Assembly (NCBI GenBank): GCA_000934665.2 | Contig: KZ538054.1 | Coordinates: 1-64,000, forward strand | DNA length: 64,000 nucleotides | Direction of reading: 5' to 3' | Origin: Catajapyx aquilonaris | Taxonomy: Eukaryota | Shown: in pieces, positions 25,573 through 39,319 of the stretch | How positions within the stretch are numbered: position 1 is the first letter of the stretch | Layout of the letters: the number at the start of each line of letters is the position of its first letter | The notes under the pieces: generated by a model | Database searches by the model: none | Told to the model about the DNA's origin: nothing | What the model saw: the letters and a program-made list of their open reading frames with translations, nothing else | Made by a program: the position numbers and the translations under genes

Positions 25573-28500
25573 TCACTCATCGCGATCTGACGGATTGTCC
25601 CACAATTTTTCAAAAAACCAACTTACGTCTGTTTCCTGATCTGTATATGTCAATTCCAATGCCTCTTCATCCATATTGCAGTGGGTCACTTGGCTTTGTG
25701 TGGCTAGCCCCGCCTCTGCCACAGAAGCTGCTTTGGTTTTTTCCTGTTGTCTATACAAATTGTTATCTTTGGTTGGTGTGGCAGGAGCTTTTATGAGCAC
25801 CACAGGCTTTTCATCTCTCAAATCCACTGTGGGTGCCCAAAACTCCAACTCTTCCTCAGGTAATTCCTCCTGGATGCTGCCGTCTGGTAAAACGCTTGTT
25901 TCAGATTCACACCTGGAGTTGATGGCCACTGACTGATGGAGGTTCCAGTGCTGAATCTGCAATGTTTCATGAAATTGCAATGGTTTATTGAATGAATGGA
26001 TTTAAATATCATTTGAGGTAATGACACAGTTTAAAAAGTCCGACAGAGGTAGAAGGCACAGGTTTGTCAACTTGAGAATACAGTGTGAAGAACCATATGT
26101 CTTGACGATTTGAAATGTGACAAAAGTGACTTATTCAACTCACCAGAATATCCCTATTCTTTTTCCTTATGTTGTGTTTGATCCAATTATGAAGATCTTC
26201 ACTTGACTTTTCCAAAGAACCAACCCAAACCCGTTTCAAAACCCCATCCATTGTTTGTATATTCACCTCGAATTCTGGAAAAATAAACAAGATGATAGTT
26301 ATGAAAGTCATTTGTGACATTGTCCAAACAGTTCCATACACAGCACACATGGTGTTTGCTCTGCCAAAGTCAGGGTTCAAAAATGTGCATAATGGTGTAT
26401 AGTTGCCGGATTAGTCACCCCGGATGCCAGGTTCGAATTACAACACTACAATTATGCGCTGAGGAACACTTACTTCTGCTGGAGAGAATGTCCATGTCAA
26501 GGTCACCCAGCTTGTATCCAAACAAAGATAACTGTTCCTTCTTGAAATGCAGAATTGCTCTTCCTTCACAAATGAGCTGTCCATGATCTTTTTCCAGTGA
26601 CAAGATGGTGCCAACTGTCTCATCTCCTTGGATCTTGTTATGACTAATCTTAATTTGGAGTTGCAAATGCCTTCTTTCCTACAGTAAAATACAATAATTT
26701 TTCCCTTTATATTACAATTGAAGATGCCACCAATTAACTCAGAAAGATAATTAACATACCAGAAGAACCAAGTCCTGTTCTGGTATGTTTCGTGCATTAC
26801 AATACATTCTGAGGCTTTCAAGAGCTCTTGGAGCAAGCACTGTCCTCTCTGTTGATACCCAAACCATGCTGCAGTAATTGCTTATTGAATCAATAAATAC
26901 TGCTTGTCCTGTTGCAAATACCATAATACTAATGTATAAAAACCACAGTTTGATGTAAAATGGATCACTGTCAAAAGTTGTGCAACTTCAAGCACGCTTA
27001 CCAGTTTTTATGAAGAGTGTTAAGTCATTCACCCCCCTCAAAGGTACAGCAAACAACCTGACGTTGTCGAGTGTGAAAGTCAAGGTCCTGCTTTTATCTG
27101 TCGTTTCCACAGTGCCACCTTGCTTATCGATGGCTTGGACAATGCAGCGTTCATTTGATAAGTCAACGTTATGTTGTATGCCATTCACCTCTTCATACCT
27201 TTTGATCATTCGCATTTCCTGAAAGATAGCATTTGTGCATCATTAACAAGGTAACAAAATGTACATGTCCGTGACGTGAAGGACGGAGAATGACTACTGC
27301 TTAATTAATTCCAAAAGCTAATGCCAATGTGTGCACTAATTAACATAATCTGTACAGAGTATTGGTGTAAAATAATTATACATTGTGTTGGTGCAGCTCT
27401 TCTGTTAACATGAAAATGATTTCTGCAAGTGTGGCTCAAGTAGCTTTAAAATGTCAGTGTTACTTTCTGGTACCCCCAGCATTTCAGGGTGGAGTTGGGC
27501 CCTTGCTCTATTGGGGAATTCAATTATTACTGTGCGATTGCTAGAGAGCTGTTTATCGCCTTGTATCAACACTTCAAAAAGTATTGTCTTGTCGCATCGA
27601 GCGGGTTACAGTCTGGCCAGGATAACCTTAACCTTGCTCGTAGCCGAGGTAAACGAGCAAGGTTAAGATTATCCTGGCCAGACTGTAACCCGCTCGACGC
27701 GATGGGACAATACTTTTTGAAGTGTTGATACCTTCCTCAAACTCACGTTGGTGCAGATACAGAATATGGGAACTGTGAACTTACTAAGTGTGAGATGATC
27801 TCATCGTCAATATCCCTTGCTTCGCAGAATCTCCTCATATCACTGACGAGGTGCAGCGAGGATACTGATCTGGCCGAACCCAACCACACAGTTTTAACAT
27901 GCCCATTTTCTACGTCTACAGACACACTGGAACCTGAAAAGTGTGAAATCAATGTGAAGTTCTCTACAACCAAACTGCGAATTTACCTGGATTCAAAAAG
28001 AGAGATGGGCTCCACCCGTAAACATGAAGGCCAAATATGAAGACACTTTTCCCTGGAAATTCAAGTTCGACCCCTTGGACACTGACAATTCCAGAATCTT
28101 TGGAGACACTGACTATTTTTCCAGATGCATTGACGTATGCAGCTGACATTGACTTCGATACATGACAATCAGAGGGCTGGGAATCCGAATGTAGGGCGTT
28201 ACTCTGTAGTGAGTTCGTGTTTGCACGAAGCTCCTGAAAATTGATAATTTAAATATTAGTGTTCAAAGTTTGAAATGAGTGCATGTCACCAGATTACTCC
28301 GGACAAATACAAGCAGAATTATAATTGAGTTATTTGGTTCTTGTATGTATTCAGAGTACAATGGATGTTTGGTTCATGGCAATGTGGTGTAATGAGCCTA
28401 TTAATAGCTTCAACTCACCAAGAACTTGACTATATCCGAGACTACATCTGATCCTCCGAGGCCAAGTTGTGTCACATATCCAGTCAGTTTTTTTCTCAGT

Positions 28501-28802
28501 TTACTACCATCTTTTTTGACTCCAACATGTGCCCCCCATTCTCGTTCTCCATTTTCCGGGATGATAACAAGCTGACCTGTTCATCATAACCTCCACTAAA
28601 TACACTGACTCGTCATCAAATTATCATCACTCTATAGGCTTATGTTAATCTCACCAATTTTGTAAAGTTTCGTCAGGTTCAGTCCTTTCAGAGAGAGGCC
28701 ATAGAGATAGCATTGCTCAGGTAAAAATGCAAAATATTGACCTCGTATGTTGTCCTTGGCAACTAGCTTGTCCAAATCAAGTTTCACAATGGTCGCTTGC
28801 AT
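25573..28802 (-). CDS. Array copy C (4 modules); terminal exon either truncated at stop 25573 or spliced at 25627 into copy B
   Basis: Exons 28802-28655, 28576-28419, 28233-27987, 27933-27785, 27218-27002, 26908-26760, 26678-26474, 26274-26144 and 25956-25627/25573 are all in frame. Confidence 0.78.
27564..27730. mobile_element. Hairpin MITE in a copy C intron
   Basis: Near-perfect ~78-bp arms TATCAACACTTCAAAAAGTATTGTC... around a short loop. Confidence 0.7.
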
Positions 28803-30009
28803 GATTACTAGGAATTTCCGAGAATTATCATATGGCAGGCACAGGCAGTGCACTCACTTCAGATGGCACTGCACTCTCTGTCATGCTGGGCCTACGAACG
28901 GTACCGTGACACCATTTGATCAGGCAGCTCTGCCAACAGCTCGGATTGAGACTGACCTTCTCCCAAGCCCCAACTGCACCCCGACCCCCAAGTCCACTCG
29001 AAGTTTTGCATGACAAAAAATTGCGTTGTCATCAGGGATTCGAGGGAATTCCCCATACACTCCCATAGGATATGCAAGGTGTTATCTGGCCGAAAGGACA
29101 TATTAAGTGCAGATGGAGATAAGGCCAACTAGGTCAGCCTCTTGGTCACTCATGGTCAGCCTATCAGATAATGAAGAAGTAACACGTTTACAGCATGGTG
29201 CCCAGCACAGTATATAGCCTACATTTCTGCCTGGTCTTGCTCTTGCTCAAGGTCGGATTGTTCCTTTGATGATGCATAACAGTAACAAAGCATGGGGGTG
29301 ATATGAACAATGTGCCTTACTTGTGCCCTTACTTGCTATGAATATGTGGCCACTCCTAGGTAGCCTAATGGTACAGTCTCAATCAAAAATATCTACAAGT
29401 GGACATCCACTTCACCTTCAAAAGCAGGCAGAGGTAGGGACTCCTGTCACAATTTTCTTGGGAGGGACTGCACATTTTCACGAATGCAATGGACCAATGT
29501 GATGCGAAAAAAAACGCCACACCAGTGTGTCATACTTCAACGTCTCAAAAGGTCTAATTCACTCAGAAAGTGAGTTAAGCAAATGCCAGGCTTAAAGTCA
29601 CTTTTTGGGGAAGACAACAAACCCAGATAATTATGAAGGACAATAAAATGCCCTCGTGAGGAGTGGGAGCATATCATTACTATGGATCCCTCTTTGGTCA
29701 ACTCAACTTGTAGTTTGTACCAATCTGGCAGGAAATAAATGGGCAGATCATTATCAAAATCAGGCTATCTGCTTCAGTATGAATCATTCAGAAAACTTGA
29801 ATTTCCGAATTAGTGAGTCATTTCACAGCCACGGTGACCTTGCCCAATGGTTGGTGGACAAATTGTGAAAATGTTCCATATATTGGAAATAGGAACTTAG
29901 CATTGAGTTGATGCCTGTTACCGATCACTTGAGATACCATGAGACAACTTGGTTTTTGATTATGACCTACTTAAAAATATACCTTCTCTAGCTGTGTAAC
30001 TAAATATTT

Positions 30010-30518
30010 GGGTCATTCAGATGAAAATGAGCCATGGTCATGTAGCAAATTTCCTGCACTGGGTTTTAAGCTCTATTTATGTCACTTTGTGGTACCCTCA
30101 TCAGACCCCTGGTATCACCGGTGATACCTCAGGTTTTCAATTTATTTCAATTTTCAGCCTTCATCCATTCTGCTTTTGTAGCAGCAATTTAGTCCTTATG
30201 TTCTCATTGGTTCTTTGTCATTATTTTTGTCAATATTTTAGAACTATAATTTCTTCTCATTTTTTATTGGCAAAATGTTCAGAAAATGCAACAGTGCATC
30301 ACTCACTTCTTCTCTGGGTCTGAGGAGGATACAGATGGCTTTAAAAAATCGTTTTGTCCNCCCCCCCCCCCCCCCGGCCTCCTCACTTGATTATTGGTCC
30401 ATCTCAATAATTATCTCACTAACGTAAGTGAAATCCTTCGTTTTATGTATAAGATGTCGTGAGAAACCCATCTGAAAATTTGCTGTATGAGCATGGCTCA
30501 TTTTCATCTGAATGACTC
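30010..30518. mobile_element. MITE
   Basis: ~27-bp inverted termini GGGTCATTCAGATGAAAATGAGCCATG / CATGGCTCATTTTCATCTGAATGACTC. Confidence 0.6.
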
Positions 30519-30643
30519 TTTTATATTTTTTTTTGGGTTGTTACCCTGCTTATCCAGGAACCCAAGCATTTTTTAAGGGGTTGATTTAATTTTTAGGTAA
30601 AGTTTGATAAGATATACTGCAATGTAAATTCAGCACAACACTA

Positions 30644-31043
30644 CAGCAGGGGTAAGCTAACTTATGCGTTTTGGGAGGTGGCTTGTATCCTTGGCAACCA
30701 AATAATTAACCCCGTCCCCTACTGGTCGACCAATCAGGATTCGATTTCAAAGGAGATGGGAATGGGATGTTCTAAAACCTCAAGAATGAGATGAGTTTGT
30801 TTACACTAACGCAATTGGTAACCCAGCAGGGGGGAAATATTTCCCCGCCAATCGTTCTAAATGCCATACAAAATGGGAATATACGTGTCCCCGGAAACAG
30901 GACTAGAGCCCTGAGCAAGGGGTATATGTAAATAAATAAATAAATAAATTCCATACAAAAAACTCAGCAGGGGGCGGGACTAATTATGGTTGCCAAGGAC
31001 ACAAGCCACCTCCCAAAACCCATAAGTTATCTTGTCCCTACTG
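30644..31043. mobile_element. TA-flanked MITE (Tc1/mariner-type)
   Basis: ~55-bp imperfect TIRs CAGCAGGGGTAAG...CCTTGGCAACCA, with TA on both sides. Confidence 0.7.
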
Positions 31044-31181
31044 TACACTTGTTCATGCCATTATGGGAGGATGGGGTAAAAAAAATTGATCGATGCAAAT
31101 TTGTGGCATCAATTGATTCCACTGAGATTCTGTGACAGTCCTGCCAGAAAAGTGCTCTGAGAAGCCTTGTTTTACTATTAT

Positions 31182-31779
31182 TAGAGTCCGGCTTTTTGGC
31201 ACGAAAAAACCCTGAAATAGGCAGTTAAATAGGCACGAGAAAACCTCAAATAGGCCCAAAAATGTTACTTTTGTGGGCGTATGTTACAGAAAATCAAAAG
31301 GACACAAATTTTATAGGCCTAAAGTATAAAATAATGTAAGGTCACAAATCAGTGCAAAAACCAAATAACCACCACAAACTGACATAAAATTTCAAAACTT
31401 GGGCAAAAGACAAAGTAACACTTGCAGTGTGTTACCAAATATTTTCTAGATTTTAATTTGAGAAACTTATTGCGTCTAAACGATCTTGGTCCTTTCAGGA
31501 GCACAAAAAATATTCTGCAAAAAAAAACGACCTGCCTCTGAAGGAATAGGTTCGAAATAGGCCAAAAAAGTCCCGAAATTGTTTCAAAAAGTTCAAAGAC
31601 TATCCCAAAAAATGCCAAATAGGCATGAATAGTGCCCAAAACCATGAAATAGGCCATTTTAAGCACTATTAAACCTACACTTTCCACATCCTGCACTTAT
31701 GAAATGGATAGATCTCTTCACAAAACCATCCCACCTGTAAATGAACTAAATAGGCATTTGTCTAAAAATCTGGACTTTA
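31182..31779. mobile_element. Degenerate MITE with internal AAATAGGC repeats
   Basis: Imperfect inverted termini TAGAGTCCGGCTTTTTGGCA / TGTCTAAAAATCTGGACTTTA, and a recurring AATAGGC motif. Confidence 0.45.
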
Positions 31780-33186
31780 GTTATTACATAATTTTGTTCG
31801 AAGACATATGGTAGAAAGCACAAAAACACTGGGTGTTTCAAAATTCGTATGACAAGCTTTTACATTGAATTCCAGGCCACCAGTGGATCAATTTACGCAG
31901 AGGTTGCAGAGTCATCTGGTTACCAAAACAATGGGCTATTTACAATGTAGTGCATCATATCCTGGAAGGTGTGCATCTAACCACATGCAGGATGCATCTG
32001 AAAAGTCCGACCGTGTCTCTATGTCTCAGCAAGGACACCAACTTTGGATCACTGATCCCACCTCTGACAGTGTGTCAATCTGCTGTGCTTGGCATTTGAC
32101 ATTTCATTCTGGCCCACATGCATGCAGCATTTAGCATACCAGTATTCCGTTCTGAGTGTTACCTGCTGAGTATAACACCATGCAACATTTTATTTGTGGG
32201 GAGATTGAGGATATGCATATTATAGCTTATGGTGTAATGGCAGGGAATGTTACCATGCAGTTTCATTTATGCTGCAAATCACATCATCTGCATAGTACCA
32301 GCCACTGGCAGAGAACGGATAGTTTTTGATGTGGCCCTGCTGATTGCAAACCTTCCAGGTATGCTGTATGACATTAGCAATAGCTATTACCTTGGTAATT
32401 AGGCTGTGCAGACCAAATGACACTTCTACAGGAAGTGATCCACTGGTTGCTCAGGAGTCCACCCTAGGACAAATTATGAAACACCTTGTAAAATGCAAAG
32501 AAGATAATTAACTGGACGAGCAGGGAAGATCTTACACGAAGCTGTTAAATTGTGCCAATTACTCTACTGAATGAAATAGAGCCATGAGTACTGAAAATTA
32601 CTAAAATGTAAAGGGGTCCACAGCAAAGGGTACAAAATAAATGCTCATTCTAGTCCAATATTCGAAAGTATTTGAGAGACATTGAAGGTAACATTCTTAA
32701 ATAGACAGGGCACACTAATGAGCTAGTCTCATGTAGAACTTGACAAGTAATTTTATTACTGTAGCCAAACATATTTCACATGTATAAAAAAATACACGAT
32801 AACTCTCTAACACATAATTTTTTTTAAATCACTGAACGGAATATTTTGTTTCAATGTTGTACAGTATGTGAAATGATGTTGAACACTGAACTATGAACCA
32901 GAGACAGGATGAAGATACTACTTAAGGTAATAAGGTATGCTTTCATAAAAATTACCATTAGGGAGTCAGTCACTTTGAATGGAAGGAAACTTAAAGTGAA
33001 AATACATAAGGGAGTTCTACTATGATTACAAAACAGTCCATTATAATTCACTCTCCCACAATTATACCACAATGACAAATAATATGTTTGTACACCTAAC
33101 ACTTGATCTAATAATAATTGAATTTTTCTACCCTACATAGTAAGCAATGTCATGCCATGAGGGGTAAAATAAAGATCTCGCTAACT

Positions 33187-34226
33187 CAGGGGTGGGCAAA
33201 TTAAGGCCCACAAAGACAATTTGTGCGGCCCGAGCAAAAATTTCAGTATTCCTGAAAATGTTGAGAAATTAAAATAGCAAAATTTTGTGCCTGTGCCTTT
33301 CTTTTTAATTCTTTTAATTCACAAAAATATCTTTTTAATTTATACAGGCCATTTTCATATATTTAGCTTATTTTATTGATTTTCAGATAATGGGGAAGTA
33401 GCCTTGGTCTGGGATTTGGGATTTTTGTTCATAACTAGCTAGCCCATGCCTGTAAACATACATTCCATCACTCTGTTGCATCAAAATGACATTACTGGAT
33501 AAATTAATGCACATTTAAAAGTGCCTTCAAAATTGGCGGGAAAAACGGGGCAGCCGGGTGGTGCCAATCGAAAGGGTACACTGAAATGCCTGGTTGACTG
33601 CGAGATATGAGAAATTTGACTTTGAATTAACTGCGGACACGACGGAAAGCATTCGCAAGGTGGCTGTAGGCCATCGAGGTGGAGAAGGGGGGGCCTTTAT
33701 GTGCCTAATTCGGGAGACAGATAATTCCTACCAGTTGGCACCACTGTCAGCCCAGAAGCGATTTGAGCGGCCAGGAATAAATACGCGCCCCGGCCGCTAT
33801 CTTGCTCACGGAATGGGACGGTTGCTAACAACAGCGAAGCATTTTACAACAATGACGGGGCGCGTTCTATAACACCATTTTTGCGTTCATTTCATTTCGC
33901 GTGACGTCAACATTTTCGAGGCAAACAGTGATGTCACCATTTGCCTCCGAAAAAACGCCAATATCTCCGGAACTGAAACTGATTTCTTAAAACGGAATAT
34001 GCCAAAAAAATCCAAAAAATATGGGCGAATTTATTATGTAGTTTCCAAAATGAAGGCTACTTCCCCATTAAATGATAATTTATGCAATTAGTGGAAGTTC
34101 ATTTAAAACGATGGATATATAATTGTAAACTTTTTAATAAGTTGAAATTTGTTTTGTTAGATGCAGCCCGTCAATTTTTTTAAAATCTCTATGCGGCCCA
34201 CGGAGAAAAAAGTTTGCCCACCCCTG
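33187..34226. mobile_element. hAT-type MITE containing a MITE family 1 insertion
   Basis: TIRs CAGGGGTGGGCAAA / TTTGCCCACCCCTG, subterminal GCGGCCC motifs, and an imperfect 8-bp TSD CGCTAACT / CTCTAACC. Confidence 0.8.
33389..34069. mobile_element. MITE family 1 (uninterrupted copy)
   Basis: TIRs AATGGGGAAGTAGCCTT / AAGGCTACTTCCCCATT. Homologous to 21206-22159 and 1-96. Confidence 0.85.
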
Positions 34227-35540
34227 CTCTAACCGGTAAGTGGCACAAAATGCAAAAAGTTCAACTTTGGATAATAGGCAAAGATAGTATAGTTCTTTTT
34301 TGCACATTGACAAAAGTAAATATAGAAGAACAAAGAAGTGGATAAAAGAACATAACCAGCAAAAGCTAAGTAGGAAAACATTCATGAAGTAATTCTTCGA
34401 TGCCATTGTTTCCCTCTCTGGTTTTAGTTAAGCAACACAGAAGTCAGAAAATGACTATAATCGCAATGAACCAAATGCAAAAAAATATTAGGAGAAAATG
34501 ACCACGGCATAGTAGATACTTGGAAGATCCTTGCCTTTGCCTTTGAAATGTAGAAAATCATTTCACTACTTTAATTGGCAAGGTGAATCAAGCTGCATTC
34601 ACTTTAAGTGAAGGGTATAATAATAATTAACTTGTAACAAGTAAAAGGTCGAGGAATCTTACATGTCTCATTGTTAAACACTGTTTATTTGAGACACAAC
34701 GAGCCATCTAGTGCTACAACATTATGACACAGTAAGTTACTGCCACTCAAGGCCAGAGAGTTATCTTTCTCTAGATCCTGCCAAATATACTGCAGAATAT
34801 GCCCATGAAAATGTGGTGCTTTGCCACATGTTGCATACAATGTTGGAGGTAATTTTTTCCCCATTTGGAAACACTAACATCAGGTAAATATCTTGCATGA
34901 TGACAATAGAAACATCATGCAGAGAATCTGTAAAATTATGACTGAATTACAAATTGACATATCTTTGGACATAATTCAAGTGCACGCAACATTTACTGTA
35001 ATACTGCACTGTAGTACCATATGAAAGGATATATCTGGAGTCTCTCCATCAGCTAAAATCAGAAATATCCACAGGATGAGGCACTCATCCATGATAATAT
35101 CATATAGACCTCTTCAATAAGAAGGACAGTGTTACTTATAGTTTTCTATGACAAAATCAATAACTTGTGTGAGTCCACTCCTAGTTCCACATGGACGCTC
35201 CAGTTACCAGAGGTAGCAGCATGAAATACCCTTTGATGGTGAATGTTATTCAAGTGATGCATTCAAAAATTGACATCATTGCTTAAGGCTTGCACTACAT
35301 CCTAATATACTGTCATTTGTAGTCTATCATTCTTTTTGTGCTCTGACTGAGAGCCATAGTCAGACTCCTATGGTGACAGGTAAGTCAAGTGGCATCAGGT
35401 ACCTTGTAGTGGGGATTATTGTAAATGGTAATATGGTAAATGGTAAATGATAATAAAATGGACCAATACATTCCATTGATCAGGATTATCACAAACCTAG
35501 TAACATAAGACCACCTAGATTCTAGAAACAAAAGATGATG

Positions 35541-35717
35541 AAGGCGCTTTTACATGTGAGCGATTTGATCGCGCGATAACAACAACGAGTAACCCGAGTA
35601 ACCAGTATTATTTTAGGCGAAAATCGATTGTTACTTTCACCTCAAACAATATTGGTTACGTCACTCGGCGATGACTTCGCTTCGCTTGTCAAATCGCTCA
35701 CATGTAAATGCCGCTTA
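35541..35717. mobile_element. Short MITE (PIF/Harbinger-like)
   Basis: Inverted termini TTTACATGTGAGCGATTTGA / TCAAATCGCTCACATGTAAA. Confidence 0.55.
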
Positions 35718-35795
35718 AAGTACTGTACCTTTAAAATTCTTTGTGATTTTTGTTAGTTGGTTAGCAACCAACTTGCATTTGTTGTGAAGGTACAA

Positions 35796-36263
35796 TAGGC
35801 GTATTCGGCAATTCAGGAATCTGACTTCCTGGGCTGTTTGGATGTTCGGCAAATCAGGTGCCACGCCCCCTGAAGTAAGTGCGCATGCGCCCTACCTGAC
35901 TTACCAAGCTCAGGAACTTACTTAGTGTACTCCTGACCTGACTTACTTGCTGAGAAACAATTAACAAACAAATTATTGTTATGGATGCAGCAGTGTTGCC
36001 AATGCAAAATGACCAAAAACCCCGCGAGGACCTGAAAATACCCGATTTTACCCGCATTTTCATTTTACCCGCGCCATTACCCGCAAGCGTCCGAAATACG
36101 GCACCGAAATACCCGAACATTGGCATATCACTGGGATGCAGCACAGATGGGTAGGGGGGTCTCTCAGTTCGGCCGTTCGGCAATAATCTTCTGAGGGGCA
36201 GGGCCAACAACTCAGATATCACGTGACGCATCTCAGAATAATCTGAATTGCCGAATGCGCCTA
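35796..36263. mobile_element. MITE
   Basis: Inverted termini TAGGCGTATTCGGCAATTCAG / CTGAATTGCCGAATGCGCCTA. Confidence 0.65.
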
Positions 36264-36445
36264 ATATATTATGCACAACCCTACTGCTATAGGGAAGCTT
36301 GGTGAAGTCAGATTAAGGGGGTCGAGCTTCCACTGTCACATGGTTTGTTCGGCAGCTCTTGTTCAAACTGAGAGAACGAATCAGGGTCACCTCATGCAAA
36401 ATACTTTTGGCCTAATATGCACTGTTAGTGTCAAAAAATGACGTA

Positions 36446-39319
36446 TCAGTGAGTGTGAGAAATGTACTTAACTCCAATTATGACCAAGGATGCCAGTACA
36501 ACTGAGAAAGAAACAACCTGAAAACATGAACCAGGCCAAGTCGATGTGACAGTTGTTGTTTTGCCAGTATGCTCAAACTTGTTTTGATTTTCTGGTACAG
36601 GACATGTCTGGGAGCTTGCATCATTCAAAACAGATGCAGGCTTTTCAGACATGCCCGCTTCTTCCTCCTGTTTGAAATTCTCTCTAACAAACTCTCCAAA
36701 ACTACACGCAAATGCATCTGACAATTTAGATGCCGCATCATATTCATTCACTAGCTTTTCCCTAACCAGAAAGTGAGTAAGATGGTCTTTTAGACTGCAT
36801 TCATAGTCATTGCCAGCGGTGTGAATTATCCCTGTCAAATCTTCTTTCACATCACACTGCGCCCCTTTTGCCCCATTATCTGGATGAGAGTTCCCACCCA
36901 CTGGTGAGCTTACCTCACTCTCCTCTTCACACATGCTTTCTTCACTCTGAGCAACAGGCGTCCCAACAAGACACACTGACTTCTCATCATTCAGTTTTGT
37001 TGAGGGAGCCCAAAATTTCACGGATTCCACTGAAATGTCACTTGAATCCATATTATCAAGCAAACTGCTCTCTGAAGATTCATACATGGTGTGAGCTGAA
37101 GTGCCTAAACTCCAGTGCTTTAACTGCAATGGATAGCAATCACATGTTATTATCACCACAATCATAATCTGTTGGATCAAGTCAGCTCAGGCTTACCAGA
37201 ATATCTTGTGCTCGTCGGGGCAATCTACTTTGGATCCATCTCTGCAAGCCTTCACGAGATTTCTCCAGAGAGCCAACCCACACCTTATCCAGAACACCTT
37301 TTTTCATCTCAACATTCACATTGAACTCTATATTGCAAATAAAATTATTGTAATTATTTTTTAGAAAACAGTTGTTTGAGTAATTTTTGAACTCACTTTT
37401 GTGGTTGACAAGATTCAGGTCGAGGAGACCCAAATTATATCCAAACAAAATGAACTGCCTTTTCTTAAAGTTGAATAATTTCCCTTCGTACATCAACTGG
37501 CCTTGATCTTTATGCAATGAGAGGATAGTAGCAGTTCCTTTGGAAGATGCTGCTGGTGTTGATACTTTGGAATCTTTTGTTTGACTTCGCTTTAATTGGT
37601 AGTATCTTGTCTCCTGTAACATGACTATGATAAATTCCAATTTATAAAAATAAAAATGCAAGCAAACATACCAATGCAGCTATCTCGTAGTCAGGAACAT
37701 TTCGTGCTCGACAGTATCTCATCATGTTTCCCAAAACCTCTCTTGTATGCACACTCCTTTCTGTAGCAATCCAAACTGTGGTGCATCTTCCACCCTTTAC
37801 ATCTACAAATGCACTTTGTCCTGAAAAGCATCCAGTTATTTGCATACATTTCAATACAGAAGTACTTTCCCTTAAAGTAAGTCTTACCTATTTCCAAAAA
37901 CATGGACAAATCACGAACACCACTCAGCGGAATAGCATGAACCCTCACATTGTCAGTTGTGAAAGACAAGCACACTTTCTGACTCACAACGACACCTCCT
38001 TTTTCATGGACACTTTGTATTTGGCAGCGCTCTTGCAATACTTCAACAGCTGTATTTCCATTCATCATGTTATACAGCCTAAACATTTCTGCTTCCTGCA
38101 AGCATTAGTCAGTTAAAAAATGAGAGAAATACTGAAACAATTGCAATACCTTACCAGTAATGAAATGAGATCATCATCAACACCTCTACATTCACAAAAC
38201 CTCCTCATGTCAGTCACAATATTCAAGGAAGTGACAGATCTGTTGGATCCCATCCATGCAGACTTAACCTTTCCATTTTTAGCATACACATAAAGATGAA
38301 GACCTACGACAAGATAATAATAAATTTCTGAAGCAGGCACTGTCATACTGCAATACATACCAGGTTCCAAAAACATTGTCAAATCGTAGTTCTGGAGTGG
38401 TACAGCAAACAAAAACACATGCTTGTCAGAAAACTGCAGGTCAACGTCATTAACATTCACAACTCCTGAATTATTTTGGACACTGACAACAGTCCCAACA
38501 GTATTGGAGCAGCTGAACTGGCAAGACGCACTCATTGGTGAGGAAGAAGTTGGTTGACAGGTTTCAGGAAGTGGTGCTTCAGTGAGCAACACATCTTCCT
38601 GAGAGGATATCACATCTGCCCTTCTTAGCTGAAATAATTGAGAATGAATTACCAGATATCCAGTATGACAGTTCAAAAATACGATATGGGAATTATGTAG
38701 ATAGTGGTCGGAGAGATATGTATGAGAGTGTAATTACCAGTTCCACCTCAACATGTGGTAAAATGTCATACTTCTTGCAGTATGCAGTTAGTTGCTTAGT
38801 CAGCACTATTCCAGTCTTTTGGGAACCGAAATAGGCTCCCCATTCTACTGAGCCAGGGCTGTTTGGGATTCTAACAATTTGACCTGTGGGAATACAAGTA
38901 GTAACAACTGGTCATGGCACAATAGCAATTCTCCAGCTTAAAAAATGAGTTTTTGTTATGGAGCACTTGAATAGGCATTACTATTTCTGTATGTTGTGAC
39001 AGGCTTATACCCTTTTCTTCAGAGTATACTTGTGCCATTTCCACTGCATTTCTGTCAGACATACGTCAAAAACCTGTTCATCATGAAACAGTTTGGCAGT
39101 ACAGAGTGTCTCCAACAACGGCAGGTTTCATTGCACCTTCATTATATGCTTACCAGTTCTGTAAACATCCTTGAGGCTCATCCTTTGCAGTGAGATTCCA
39201 AAAAGATAGGTGTTATCATTGGTGAAGTTCAAGGGCACAAGGCCACCATCCTGGTTGACATCCAGGCCCACCACCATGTGGCTATCCCCCAGGCTCTGGA
39301 TGGTTCCCTCGTCCATCAT
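36446..39319 (-). CDS. Array copy D (~703 aa; 4 modules; C-terminal TM helix)
   Basis: Exons 39319-39154, 38883-38738, 38628-38361, 38303-38155, 38095-37888, 37820-37672, 37613-37397, 37327-37197 and 37123-36446 give an open 2112 nt ending CFQVVSFSVVLASLVIIGVKYISHTH*. Confidence 0.82.

Noticed and set aside
30360..30375. N followed by a poly-C run
   Set aside because: Assembly ambiguity at a homopolymer, not a biological feature.
31828..32490. Mariner-like element with degenerate inverted ends
   Set aside because: The terminal match is short and imperfect and no transposase motif was readable, so it is not supportable.
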